NCBI GenBank assembly: GCA_964247055.1
Contig: OZ176051.1
Coordinates: 3,534,001-3,598,000, forward strand
Direction of reading: 5' to 3'
Length of the DNA: 64,000 nt
Source: Paragordius varius
Taxonomy: Eukaryota > Animalia > Nematomorpha
In this document: piece by piece, positions 27,429 through 40,200 of the stretch
How positions within the stretch are numbered: the first letter of the stretch is position 1
Layout: each line of letters opens with the position of its first letter
Made by a program: the position numbers and the translations under genes
The notes under the pieces: model-generated
Told to the model about the DNA's origin: nothing
Database searches by the model: none
What the model saw: the letters and a program-made list of their open reading frames with translations, nothing else

Positions 27429-30400
27429 TAGGGTTGTGCATTTGACTGCTTTTTGAAAAAAGTCCGGTCAGACCCAGTCAGAGCATGGTCATGACCACTT
27501 TTTACTTAAGTAAATCTCATGCGATATTGGATTGTGAAAATGTTCGAACGACAATTGCGTTTTACTAATAATGTCATGCTTTTTTCTCAAAAGTCATTTT
27601 TTTGATATCAATTATTTACAAATATTTTCAATCAAATTTAATCTAGAGTATTGTTTTCAAATAAATATTCCACATGTTTGTGGCCTTCTAAATCTTCAAA
27701 TAAACTCTTAATACTGAATATTTCAAATAAAATTTTACCGAGTTTGTTTTAAACTTTCTTTCATCATTGTAATATCCAATTATAAATTTTTTATTTTATT
27801 GGTTTATTTATATGAAATAACTAGCGTAAATCTCGTGCTGCTACGCAGCCCGTGGAAGTCCTTCGGACTTCTGGGAGGAAGGGGGGGGGAATGGCATTTT
27901 AGGGGGGTAGCGGGTAAAAAGTGGGACTAAATTAAAAAAGCGAGACGACTATGTTTGGCGCAATCGAAAAAAAGTAAACAAAAATCATATTTGAAATTGA
28001 ATGGTCCAACACGTTCTCCGGGAAATTGTCTCAACCCGTTTTTCACACATGGTGGGCCCGAACTGGGCACTCAATTCCCAAAAAGGGCGAAGCTATTGTT
28101 GGGGCATTCATTAATGATTAAATTTTTTCGATGTTTGGATTTGAATGGCTCCACCGGTTTTCCGGAAACAGATCACAAAGTTACATGAGAAATCAGTTTT
28201 TAGCGGGTAGCTCCTTACCCAGCAGCTATCATCAAAGAAACGCTTGACTAAAATTTTTGCCTTTTAACAGGCAATACAAAAAACCTTCTCGAATTTTTAG
28301 AGTATCATACCTTGGGCAAAAAAATACAATCAAAAAATTATTTTTGCGGACTTTGTTTGTTTTTTTAAAAAAATGGCATTTTACTGGGGTAGCGGGTAAA
28401 AAGAGGGCCTAAATCAAAAAAGTGAGTCTCAGCGCGATCAAAAATAAGTAAACAAAAATCATATTTGAAATTGAATGGTCCAACACGTTCTCCAAAAAAT
28501 TGACTCAACCCATTTTTCACACGGGGTGGGCCCGAACTGGGGACCTAATTCCAAAAAAGGGCGAAGCTATTGTCGGGGCATTCATTAATGATTATATTTT
28601 TTCGATGTTTGGATTTGAATCGGTTCACCGGTTTTCCGGAAACAGATCACAAAGTTACATGAGAAATCAGTTTTTAGCGGGTAGCTCCTTAGCCAGCAGC
28701 TATCATCAATGAAACGCATGACTAAAATTTTTGCCTTCTAACAGGGAATACGTGGAATATAGAATTTTTACGGTCTCATACCTAGGGCGAAAAATAGATT
28801 TAAAAAATTATTTTTGTGGACTTTGATTTTTGAAAAAAATGGCATTTTACGGGGGTAGCGGGTAAAAAGAGGGCCTATATAAAAAGTGACTCGACTATGT
28901 TCGGCGCGATCAAAAATAAGTAAACAAAAATCATATTTGAAATTGAATGGTCCAACACGTTCCTCGGAAAATTGTCTCAACCCGTTTTTCACAGGGGTGG
29001 GCCCGAACTGGGGACCTAATTCCAAAAAAGGGCGAAGCTATTGTCGGGGTATTCATTAATGATTAAATTTTTTCGATGTTTGGATTTTAATGGCCCCACC
29101 AGTTTTCCGGAAACAGATCAAAGTTACATGAGAAATCAGTTTTTAGCGGGTAGCTCCTTACCCAGCAGCTATCATCAAAGAAACGCTTGACTAAAATTTT
29201 TGCCTTTTAACAGGCAATACGAAAAAACCTTCTCGAATTTTTAGAGTCTCATACCTTGGGCAAAAAAATACAATCAAAAAATTATTTTTGTGGACTGTTT
29301 GTTTTTTTAAAAAAATGGCATTTTACTGGGGTAGCGGGTAAAAAGAGGGCCTAAATCAAAAAAGTGAGTCGACTATGTTCAGCGCGATCAAAAATAAGTA
29401 AACAAAAATCATATTTGAAATTGAATGGTCCAACACGTTCTCCAAAAATATGACTCAACCCATTTTTCACACGGGATGGGCCCGAACTGGGAACCTAATT
29501 CCAAAAAAGGGCGAAGCTATTGTCGGGCCATTCATTAATGATTATATTTTTCGATGTTTGGATTTGAATCGGTTCACCGGTTTTCCGGAAACAGATCACA
29601 AAGTTACATGAGAAATCAGTTTTTAGCGGGTAGCTCCTTACCCAGCAGCTATCATCAAAGAAACGCATGACTAAAATTCTTGCCTTTTAACAGGGAATAC
29701 GTGGAATCCATATAGAATTTACGGTCTAATACCTAGGGCGAAAAATAGATTTAAAAAATTATTTTTGTGGACTTTTTTTTAGAAAAAAATGGCATTTTTG
29801 GGGGGGACCGGGTAAAAAGAGGGCCTAAATCAAAAAAGTGACTCGACTATGTTTGGCGCAATCGAAAATAAGTAAACAAAAATTATATTTGAAATTGAAT
29901 GGTCCAACACGTTCTCCGGAAAATTGTCTCAAAGACACGATTTTTGTGGACTTATGTTTTCAAAAAAAACCCGTATTTCACACGGGGTGGGCCTGAACTG
30001 GGAACCTATTTGAAAAAAAAGGCGAAGCTATTGTCGGGGCATTCATTAATGATTATAATTTTTCGAAGTTTGGATTTGAATGGGTCTACCGGTTTTCCGG
30101 AAACAGATCACAAAGCCAGCATTTTTCATTTTTATAAATATATAGATTGCATATTTGCAAAGTGCTTGATGTGTTTTATTTTTCGAAATAACCTATTAGG
30201 CTTAAATGCTAATGTTCTAACGATGCATGTTTAACAATTTTATATTGTTAAATAAGCATATTTAAATATTTAATTTATAGTTTTTTTAAAAATATATTAA
30301 AAACAATAAAATCTTACTATTTTTGTTCCAATAAAATTTACCAACAATTTTTTTAAAAGAACAGCTGTTTTTTTAAATGACCGTGGTCAAAGAATAAATA

Positions 30401-30449
30401 GTCACTGACCTGGTCATGACCGGGTCATGACTTGGTCGGCACAACCCTA
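27429..30449. mobile_element. hAT-type MITE, intact ends, interrupted by a Helitron
   Basis: 11-bp TIR TAGGGTTGTGC/GCACAACCCTA and exact 8-bp TSD CCTACACC (27421-27428, 30450-30457). Confidence 0.9.
27821..30146 (-). mobile_element. Non-autonomous Helitron containing a ~475 bp tandem array
   Basis: Minus strand A|TC...CTAG|T with a GCTGC-N3-GCAGC hairpin 12 nt from CTAG; no TSD; joined flanks reproduce the empty site at ~3222-3240. Unit markers at 28001, 28475, 28947, 29425 and 29899. Confidence 0.92.
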
Positions 30450-31275
30450 CCTACACCACACTTGCAAAATCTTTAAGTATTACTTGATCATATGATTTTT
30501 GTCACCTCTTTATCAAGTTTTCTTGCGTGACTTAAGTCATGTAATGTTAAATTTTTTTATCACATGAAGGCAAGCCATGACTTGAAAACTTGTAAGTCAA
30601 GTCAAAAAATTTTTTATCACCCGACCCAATATCTTTATAGATAAAACTAGTATATTTAATCAGGACAAAACTGTTACTCATTCATATATATTTTTTTGAA
30701 ACTCATTCACTCAACCTACGTTAAATTAATTGATTCAGGAAGCATAAAAAATCATTCATACCAAGGTATTAAATAAATAATAATTTATTATTTTGTAAAA
30801 AAATTGGATAGGTATTATATATTATAATATATATATGAGTAAAAAGAAATCTGGTTTAAAACCCCCATAAAATATAACCAAAGTGTTGTCAATGATATTA
30901 TGTGAACCGTTGCGCGTAATTTAAAGTGTGTATTCTTAATAAACTAAAAATTATTATTAGGCTAAAAAAATGAAATTAAAAAAGTTTGAATCAGTTAAAA
31001 CTCGCATAAAATTACATTTAGTTTAACATTGTAAAAGGAATGTGTTAGGGTATAAAAAAAGTACACACACCAAATAATTCAAGAGGTATAAAATAAATAA
31101 TAATCCCCAATTAGCATACACTTATAAATGATAAAGTTTAAGGTTGTGTTGAATTTAAAAATAATTAATAACCAATTGTTAGTAAATTCTCCCATATATA
31201 TGTAGTAAATACATAATCCATACACTGAAAAATATAGCTGCTTTTGTGGGGAAAAAAATCAAATACATTTTTTGC

Positions 31276-34200
31276 CTAAGGAGAAATTATGGACGATGAT
31301 GGCGAAGATTGATTTTGGGCAAAAATATCCACGTAATTCCTTCCTACAAATAATTTTTTTTTAGACGCCAAAAATTAATAAATTCATAAAGGAATTTTAA
31401 AAATACCTTTGCGTGGTCCAGTTACCGGATTATTCCCCATTGTGGGTCCCAAAGTAAATGAAGACCCTATATTGGCCGATCTAAAAAATTATAAAATTAA
31501 AAAAAGCTTAAATATTTAATTTCAATTGATAACACAGTAAAATAAAAATTATAAAGACAAAACAATAAATTAAAATAAGGATATCATATTTTCTATATAA
31601 CCTATATGGTTAGAAATAAAATAATAAGCGTATTACCAATTCACATCTATATTCATTATTTCGCAACCCAAAACGAGAGGTATTTAAAACAAGCTATAAG
31701 AAAATGATTTTCTTTGTATATAAAAAATATTTGCTCTTTCTCCTACTCTACTGTTTTGTGTTTTTCGTTTTCAACTACTACTAACCCAAAAACTACGAAA
31801 GTTGATTACTTGCTATTATTCATTTGATAATTCTCATTCGATTGATTAGTATCATTGTAATTGTAAGGTGATTGTTGTGCCATATTATTGGTAAAATTTG
31901 TCGGGGTTGAATAAATCATCATGGGAGGAACAACGTGATTCCCCCCCAACTGCATATCCGAAGGCGGCGGGCCAATACATTCATCCTCGGGTGTAGTTCC
32001 GTCAGAATTTTCCCACCTCTTTTTTTCAGCATTCCATACAATCTAACGATAGGCAATGAAATTTTTTTTGGATAACACAAACGGTAAAGCTCAAAATAAT
32101 AATAATAATGATCATTAAACGTTAAAACTAATATTTAATTTTATGAAAAAAAAACAATTTTTAAATCTTTGATTTTTCTATATATCCGGAATCATTATAG
32201 TGAAATATATAGAATAGGTTTCCAATTTACACATCGATCCCTTATTCTCAACCCAAAATGATAGATAGATTATATTTAAACCAACGTTAAAATGGCTGTC
32301 TCTATTTACAAAAAGTCTTTTTCTATTTATGTTTTTTTCTATATAATCTAAATTATTACTGTAATGAAAAATAAAAAAAATTTCTATTAAGTTAAATAAT
32401 AAAACTTGCATTTTACTATCACATAATTAGAATTATATTATATTATTTCTTTCCGAGATGACCATAAATTAAGTCTTTTTAGTTATATGGAAAAAATTCT
32501 TTTAATAGGCCTGAATTGTAACTTATTTGACAAAAACAGTGAAAAAGTAAAGTAGGACATACTGTTTTTTTCGAATCATCTGGGAGAATCATTTCGTTTG
32601 GACCCTTGGGAAGGATTTTATTAATGATCCCACCAAACCATCGGCCTCCACTATTTTGCGTTGTTTTTGCATTCGTGCTACCGTTCACATTTTTGGTTTT
32701 TGACTATGGAGAATAAATGTTAAAATTTGTATAAAAAAATTTAAAAAAAAATTTAATCAGAATTTAGAGATTTGGTTTTATACCAAGGATCTTTAAAATC
32801 ATAAAATGAAACATTTGATTGTAAAAATAGTATTGAGTTATGCCAATTTGTTAACATGCCAAGCCTACAAATTATAAACCACTGACTACCCTAATCAAAA
32901 AGTATTTTACAAAAAATTTTACTTTATTTTGTTGTGATATAGACTCTTCAGAGGCCATTTGATCATAATAGGAGGATGAGTTATTGAGCTTAGAAGTTTG
33001 TGGCATTTGTTGATAAGATTTTTCATTTGATATGTTTGCAACATTGTTGGGATAATAGGATGATGTATTAGGCGCCATAGATTTAGCAAATGCATTAGTG
33101 ATACCTGCGTTATTTGCGTTGAAGTTTTGGTTATTTTGGGGTGACTGTGTTACATTTATGAAAGGTTGGTTTTGTGAAGGTAGCGAAGCCGCAAATTGAA
33201 AGGGATGACCATTGCTTAAATTGCTGTAATTTGGATAAGATGATTGTTGTTTGTTGGAACTGACATTTGGTAACATTTGCGGCGATTCTTGATTAATGTT
33301 AAATGGCACATTACTATTTGCTAAAGCAGGAGAAGCTATAATATTTTGCTGTGATGTTAGTCCAGAAGACTCTTTACCCATCAAATGACTAGATTTTTGA
33401 GGCATATTGGATGTTAATGTTGCGACCGTTGAAGAGTTGTTAAAATTAGCACCAGGAACACTACCTTTAAAATCCATGAGAGATATCATGGGAATTTGAG
33501 GCGAAACTAAAGTCATTTCATGGTTTCCCGCTGTATTTAATGTAGTATTATCTGGATCATTTATTGCTTGTGGCGTAAAAAATTTATCATTATTACTGCT
33601 TTGTGATTGCTGGAATTGGAATAGTAAATTAGTTTTTTTTTAATTTTAAATGAATTATATTTATATATTAAAATAATGAGTAGTACTTGATAGTAAGTGT
33701 TGGTTTGTCTATCAGTATTTTGATTAACTTTGTTGATAATTGTATCTATCTGCATTTTTTGAAATTGAGTCTCAATATTTCCAATCTCTGCAAAATTAAA
33801 TAAACATTTTGGATAAAAATCATTAGTTATTGATAAAAACTCGAAATTCCTAACCAATCATTATATATAAATATCATGAGTAAAGTTAACTATTAGGGGC
33901 CACTGAATTATTAGAAGTGTCATTTATTTTCGAATTCTTAAGGCCAAACGGAAATAATGGAACAGATTTAATGTTTAATGGCATTTCTGATTCTGATTGC
34001 TTATTTAACGTGTTATCGCTAGTTTCAGAAAACTTGCGCTGCTGTACAGATTGTGAATTTAAAATTTCCGTTTGATTATCGGAGCCATGTTCAAAGTATA
34101 ATGCATTTCTCCACTTTTTCTAAATTAGATAAACATAAAAAGTTACTTAAAAAACTCATAAAATTTAGATAATTTTTCGAATAAAACAAAAATAACCCAA

Positions 34201-37200
34201 TCAGTTTGAAAATGTTTAGTTAATTCATTCAACCAAATCGGATTGTTGGAACCAGACCACCAAGCCTTATAAGAATTTTCGGGACAGCCTTGGTATTGTT
34301 GCGGCGATGCATTCATGTGACTTAAAGGAGATAGTGTGTGAAAGGCACCTTCCATTAACCATTTAAGAGATGAAGCAATCTAGAAAAATGAAAAATAATA
34401 ATGTAAAATTTTTATTAAAAATCAATGTGTTTAATACCATTATACCTCAAAGAGATTGAAGATAAAGGTTGATTTGTAACTCATGGGTTGTTGGAGAATG
34501 GCTTTTGCAACAATTTCCAAATATTTATAAGCCTATATATATATATATATATATTTGAATGATAAGTTTAAAACTATTTTTTTTTCAAAAACTATTGTAT
34601 ATATAACAGTTGTTAAAATCCGTAAGATAACGATAAAGGAAAATTAAATAGAATTAAATGAAAGTATAAATAGAAATTATAAATGATATGTGAAGCCCTT
34701 CGTCAATAGTAATCGTACTAGTTTCGTGCTTATTAGTACTCATCAGTACGACACAACTATTAGACTTGGGGTTTTCACATATCGATTTTGTATATATATC
34801 CAACTTTGCAATTTTGGTATAAATGCAGTTTAATTTTCAGTTTATTTTCAAATTTACAGTTTTCATAAATTCCATTAAATTTAGATTTTTATAACCAACT
34901 GCATTTATACCAAAATTGCAAAGTTGGATATACATACGAAATCGATATGTGAAAACCTCAAGTCAAATAGTTGTGTCGTACTGATGAGTGCTAAAAAGGA
35001 AACTAGTCTGCGATTACTATTGACGAAGGGTTTCACATATCGTTCATAATTTCTATTTATAGTTTCATTTAATTCTATTTAATTATCCATCATCGGTATA
35101 ATACGGATTTTAACAACTGTTACTATATTGTATATATTTTGTTAATCTCAGATACGGAATACTTACTTCATTCACCAATCCCATATCAAGCAAGAGTGTC
35201 AGGTAATAAAATTTATAAGGCTGAAACGTTGGAAAATATAATCCTGGTACAATTTGTTTTGCATTAATTATATCTTGTATGGCAGGAGGGGTGGAAACTA
35301 CTTCCAATTGTACAACATATTCCCAAAGTTCCGTAATGTAAATAGCATCCAAACAACAAAATTTACTGAATTGATCTCTGAAAAAGATCCAAAACATAAG
35401 TTAAAGCATTACGTTTTGAAAGCTAATTTATGCAATTACGGTAAGAATTGGAAATGAAAAGTAAAAATAGAAAAGACAAATCTGATTTTATAATGACAGC
35501 CAAACTGTTTTATAACTATAAATTTTTTCTATAATATATAACCCAATGATTACAATTAGGATTTAAATTATTAAGTTACTAATTTACATATCCATTCATT
35601 ATAATACAACGCAAAACGATAGGTTAGATAAAAAATCAAGGTTTAAAAATACGGTGGTTGTCTCAATAAAAAATTTTAGTTTTTCGTTTTTACAGTCTTT
35701 ATTTTCACATACATGTAATTTACCCTTTGTTGGAAGTGATTAATGTGTACAATCCTTTGGGATCATTATAGGTGCTTAGTGGGATTTGAGCAATAATGTA
35801 ACAAAAATGGGAAGCATTCAAGTCACCAGCTTGAGCTGCGATAATAAAAGAAGGGACAAATATAATTTAGCCAGCCATTTAAACTATTTTTACAAAAAAA
35901 CTGTTTTAAACAAAATAAATCCAGTTCCAGTTCCAAAGCTTAATTTTTACCTATATAAAAATATAAAATAACTGTCAATATTTTTTGTAAGCTTTAAAAT
36001 GAAAAATATACTTGGCAAATATATACCATTTACAGTTCAATTTCACCCTTAAACAATTTAAATTCACCCTTGAATTCAAATTCACCCTTGAACAATTCAA
36101 ATTCACCTTCGAACAATTCGAATTCACCCTCAAATAAAATATATGTTTTTTAAGATTAAAAAACACCTATATTTTATATATTTTTTTAAAAATAAAAATT
36201 TTGTTTTAAATTAAAATAATATTGAAAAAATAATAAACTAGACCAAAAACATATATTTCATATTAATAATGAGTTATATTAGTTCTAAAACACATACAGT
36301 CATATATGTTTAGAATTGTCAGATATACGTTTTTAATTGATTTTAATTTGTTTTTAATTGTTTACAATAAATAAGCTATTATTATTTTAATGCTTAAAAA
36401 TGCGCATGTTGAAAGTTGACATATATAACATTAAAACAATTAAAAACAAATTATAATCATTTATAAACGAATTTCTGCCAATTCTAAATATACATGACTG
36501 TAATTTATTTTTAGGGTGAATTTGAATTGTTCAAGTGTGAATTTGAACTGTAAATGGTATATTAATAACAGGCAAAAATGCACGTATATAAATTTTTTGT
36601 TTTTAAAACGAGTCCAAAAGGATTTAATAAATCCAATCCTGATTTTCTTTAATAATCAATTTTATCCCTCATAAAAAATATTTGTAAGTAGTACCTAAAG
36701 CACTTCCCAAAACCTCAATATTTTTGCGCTGTTTAACGGAATTATTTGTGGGATTGGCTAACATCATGGCTAAATGTCCATACCATTCTGGTAAACCATC
36801 ATCCGTTAAATGGGTAAGCGTTGTGCTAGGTGTTAATTGAACACGCTAAAACAAAACAAAAAAGAAAAGAATAAAATTTAAATTAAAAACCAATTTTTTT
36901 TCCACGTAACTTTCATATTTTGTCACAGGGTATATTTTAAAAGTATTAGTAATGAATAGATAATATACAAAGGTGATACATAAAATACAGCAAACCCTTT
37001 TTTGTCGGGTACAAGGGATAGTGTAAAACAAAAATATCAGATTTTTAAATTCATATTTTATCAACCATTATTGGTGGGCATATAAATCTGAAAAAAAGCT
37101 TTTTGTAAAGGTCTTGCCAATAAAATAAGAGGAATTAATGAAAACAGTTATTAGACAGAATGTATAAATTTTATTTTATTTTAATAATTTATTAAATAAA

Positions 37201-40200
37201 TTTCAAAAAAGGATGTTGCAAATCGTATTTATTATATAATATATATAAAAACAAAATATAACCCGAAAATAATCAAATTTTTATAAGCTCTTTTTGATTT
37301 ATAGCCAAAAAACGGAAACACACAAAATTAAATTACAAAAGTTCATTTCGTAAAAAAAGTAAGAAAAATTAGGTCACAAAAAAAGCAATGTACACTAATC
37401 TTCTTGCAATTTCAAACAAAAATAAGCTTGCTTACATTAAGATATGAGGGCTCCTTAGCCGACAAATTTTGAAAAAACGTGAGTATGGGATCTCGACCAG
37501 ATAGTGTGCCCAAAAATCGCGTTAATAAATTGTTGATTGTGCCTTTGTCCGCCCCCTGGGAAGCCATGTAAAAAGCTGGTCCCCAGGCATTGTTTTTAAC
37601 ACACCACTCATAAGCTTCCTAAAATAAATTTGTAATATAAAATTTATGCAGAAAGTAAATAATAAATATATATATTTACAAACAAAACATATTTTTTTAA
37701 ACCTTAACTTCGTTTATATAAACTACTTTTTGAATAGCAATAGTATCAGTAAATTAGTAACACACTTATATTTAAATGTTATATATTGATTATATAGAAA
37801 AAAATAATGGTCAAAAAACATAATTTTATGCAAAAATATTGGTTTTTACTTAAATATTTTCATCTTTACAATCTATTTATTATATTTTACTTTATGTATC
37901 AATAAATGACCCTGTTTTATATCAATAACCCTTATTTAGGCACAACAAACAAACCTTTTGTTGTCCGGCAAGTAAGAGTGTTTGAAACTGTTTAGCAAAA
38001 TCTATCGGTTGATGAGGACTCAGGCATTTGACAATACTGAATCGATTATCATCTTTAACAGATAAATTATTCGCTTTAACTAATTTGTTCTGTGTCGAAA
38101 AACCAGATTTAGTCTCCGATTGTTCTAATTCTATTGTGTTTTTAACATTTTCCTCGTTAAATTCGTTTTTTATAGGCACGTCAATGTTTTGTGAAGCGGC
38201 AATATCCATTAATTTCTCTCCTTTAGCTACAACACCAATGGTTGGGTCCGTTTTCCTCAACATAGAATTTGGCGTAACTGGATTGTTTATAAGTAGTTTG
38301 CTGATATCAGCACCAACGATGGCCTAGTTTTCGAATAAACAAAGAATTGAATTTAAAAAGTATTTTCACATTATATATATGTATATATATCTTTTTATCG
38401 GTAAAAAAAACCAATTAATAAAGCTTACCCCGTTTTGTTTTACAGCCATACATAAATACTGTAGTAGCAATATTTTGGAGGATATGTGTTTTATATTCTT
38501 TTTGTCAGCAGCATTGTTCTCTAAAACATCGGAGTCTGTTTGCGATTGTTTCATTTCAACAATCAATTTTTCAATAATGTTTTCAAAATATCGAATAATC
38601 ACATCTTTATGGGTATTCGTTCTATATAAAAATATAATAATTATAAACATTCAACAATAATTTTTTATGTTTCCCAATTTATAAAACTAAATACTTTGTC
38701 AATGGTCCAGGGAAGCTTGAATATTGTTCCGGTATATCCTTTCGTATTTTCTATGAGAATCAGAAATCAATTGTAAAGAATGTATAATATATAAGAAAAA
38801 TTAAATTAAATGTTTTACCATTAAAGGCATCAATCGTAACGTTTGAACAATCTTAGTTTCATCATATTTAGGTAATTGAGGAGGTTTAATTTCATTAGCG
38901 TCCGTGTATTCATCATCATTTTTTAAGTCCAATTTATATTCCTTATGATCAGTCATTAGCGTTATGTCAGTTTTTTCTGGCATTTGTGAATCGTTTAACA
39001 TTGATGGTCCCTCCGCCTTTATATGCAAAAGTTGATCAGTTTCAACAGGGCAATTTTTTTCACCATTCTGTTCAAGAGTGTCTTCTAGCAATGTATCATT
39101 TTGCAAGTCCACATTTTTCTTATTATCATTAATATGAGTGTCAACAATTTTATTAGATAATTCCTTAGTAGCCGTAGATAGGATGTGTGTCGGCAAATTA
39201 TGCGTTAAAATTATTAACATGGATGAATTTGCACCCAAAAAACGAGCACATGCATGTCTCCGCGGATAAAAATGGGGTTCTTTACAAACTTCTCCTTCAG
39301 AAACTTCGCTACTGAGAGATTGGCTATCAGAACTACTGCCTGTTTCAGATTCTATTAGATTATTAAACGAACAATTTAACAACCAAAATGTTAATATATA
39401 CAGTATGAGTAAGTATATATTGCTAGAAAGTTATTAATTATTGCCAAATAGCTAGCCAGCAAAGAAATATTGGCTACTAATAGTAAAAAGTGAAAGAAAA
39501 ACTATAAGTCAATAATACTGCCTTTTGTTGTATATGCTTCTTGGCAATAATTAAAACTTTCTAGAAATATATACTTACGCATACTGTATTTTACCAAAAA
39601 TTATAAAAACATAACGTATAAATTTGAAGACTTACAATTTGGACCTTGTATTTAAACCTTGTTTTTTATCATAATAACCTTTTGTTTTGGGAGTGAAAAA
39701 TGTAAATTTCATTTAGCAAAAAGTACAATTATAAAAACATTATGTAAAAATACAAAAAACTTCATTTTTTTTATAAAAACCGGTTATTTTAACCCTTATT
39801 TTTTTATAAATACCTATTTTATGTAGCGACACAAGGAAAGATGTCCAATTAAAATTAAAATTATTAAAACAAAACGCAAAAATACAATAAGACTAATATA
39901 TATATATTCTATAAAAAAAACCATATATTTTAAACATCAATTAACTCTAACTAACCTATCGATTTGGGTAACAAAGTAAGGTTTAGAGCTGTAAATTGGA
40001 ACTCTCAATTAGGTATTTGAGAATCGTAATTTATAGGTTGTATAGAAAAAAATAAAGGATAGAACATTTTTTGAAAAATATTAATCTTTAGTTATCACGT
40101 TCTGTTTATATAATTAATTTTATATATTAATTAGTGTGAAAAAATAAAATAAAACATTTAATTACCTTCTTCTAACGTTTCTTTCACATTTTCCAATCTA

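Larger units (their letters stand above)
26574..30634. mobile_element. TIR MITE 'X' (AGACAATGGGTGGGGTGATAAAAAA ends) hosting nested elements
   Basis: Imperfect inverted termini at 26574 and 30634; a second copy of the right end at 47735-47902; flanking DNA resumes homology to 25080-25625 on both sides. TSD and superfamily unresolved. Confidence 0.65.

Noticed and set aside
27900-30146. Regular repeats as a CRISPR-like array
   Set aside because: Units are ~475 bp and homologous along their length, with no unique spacers; no cas genes; eukaryotic context.
36040-36135. 22 bp tandem repeats as a CRISPR or iteron array
   Set aside because: Contiguous degenerate repeats inside a TIR element.
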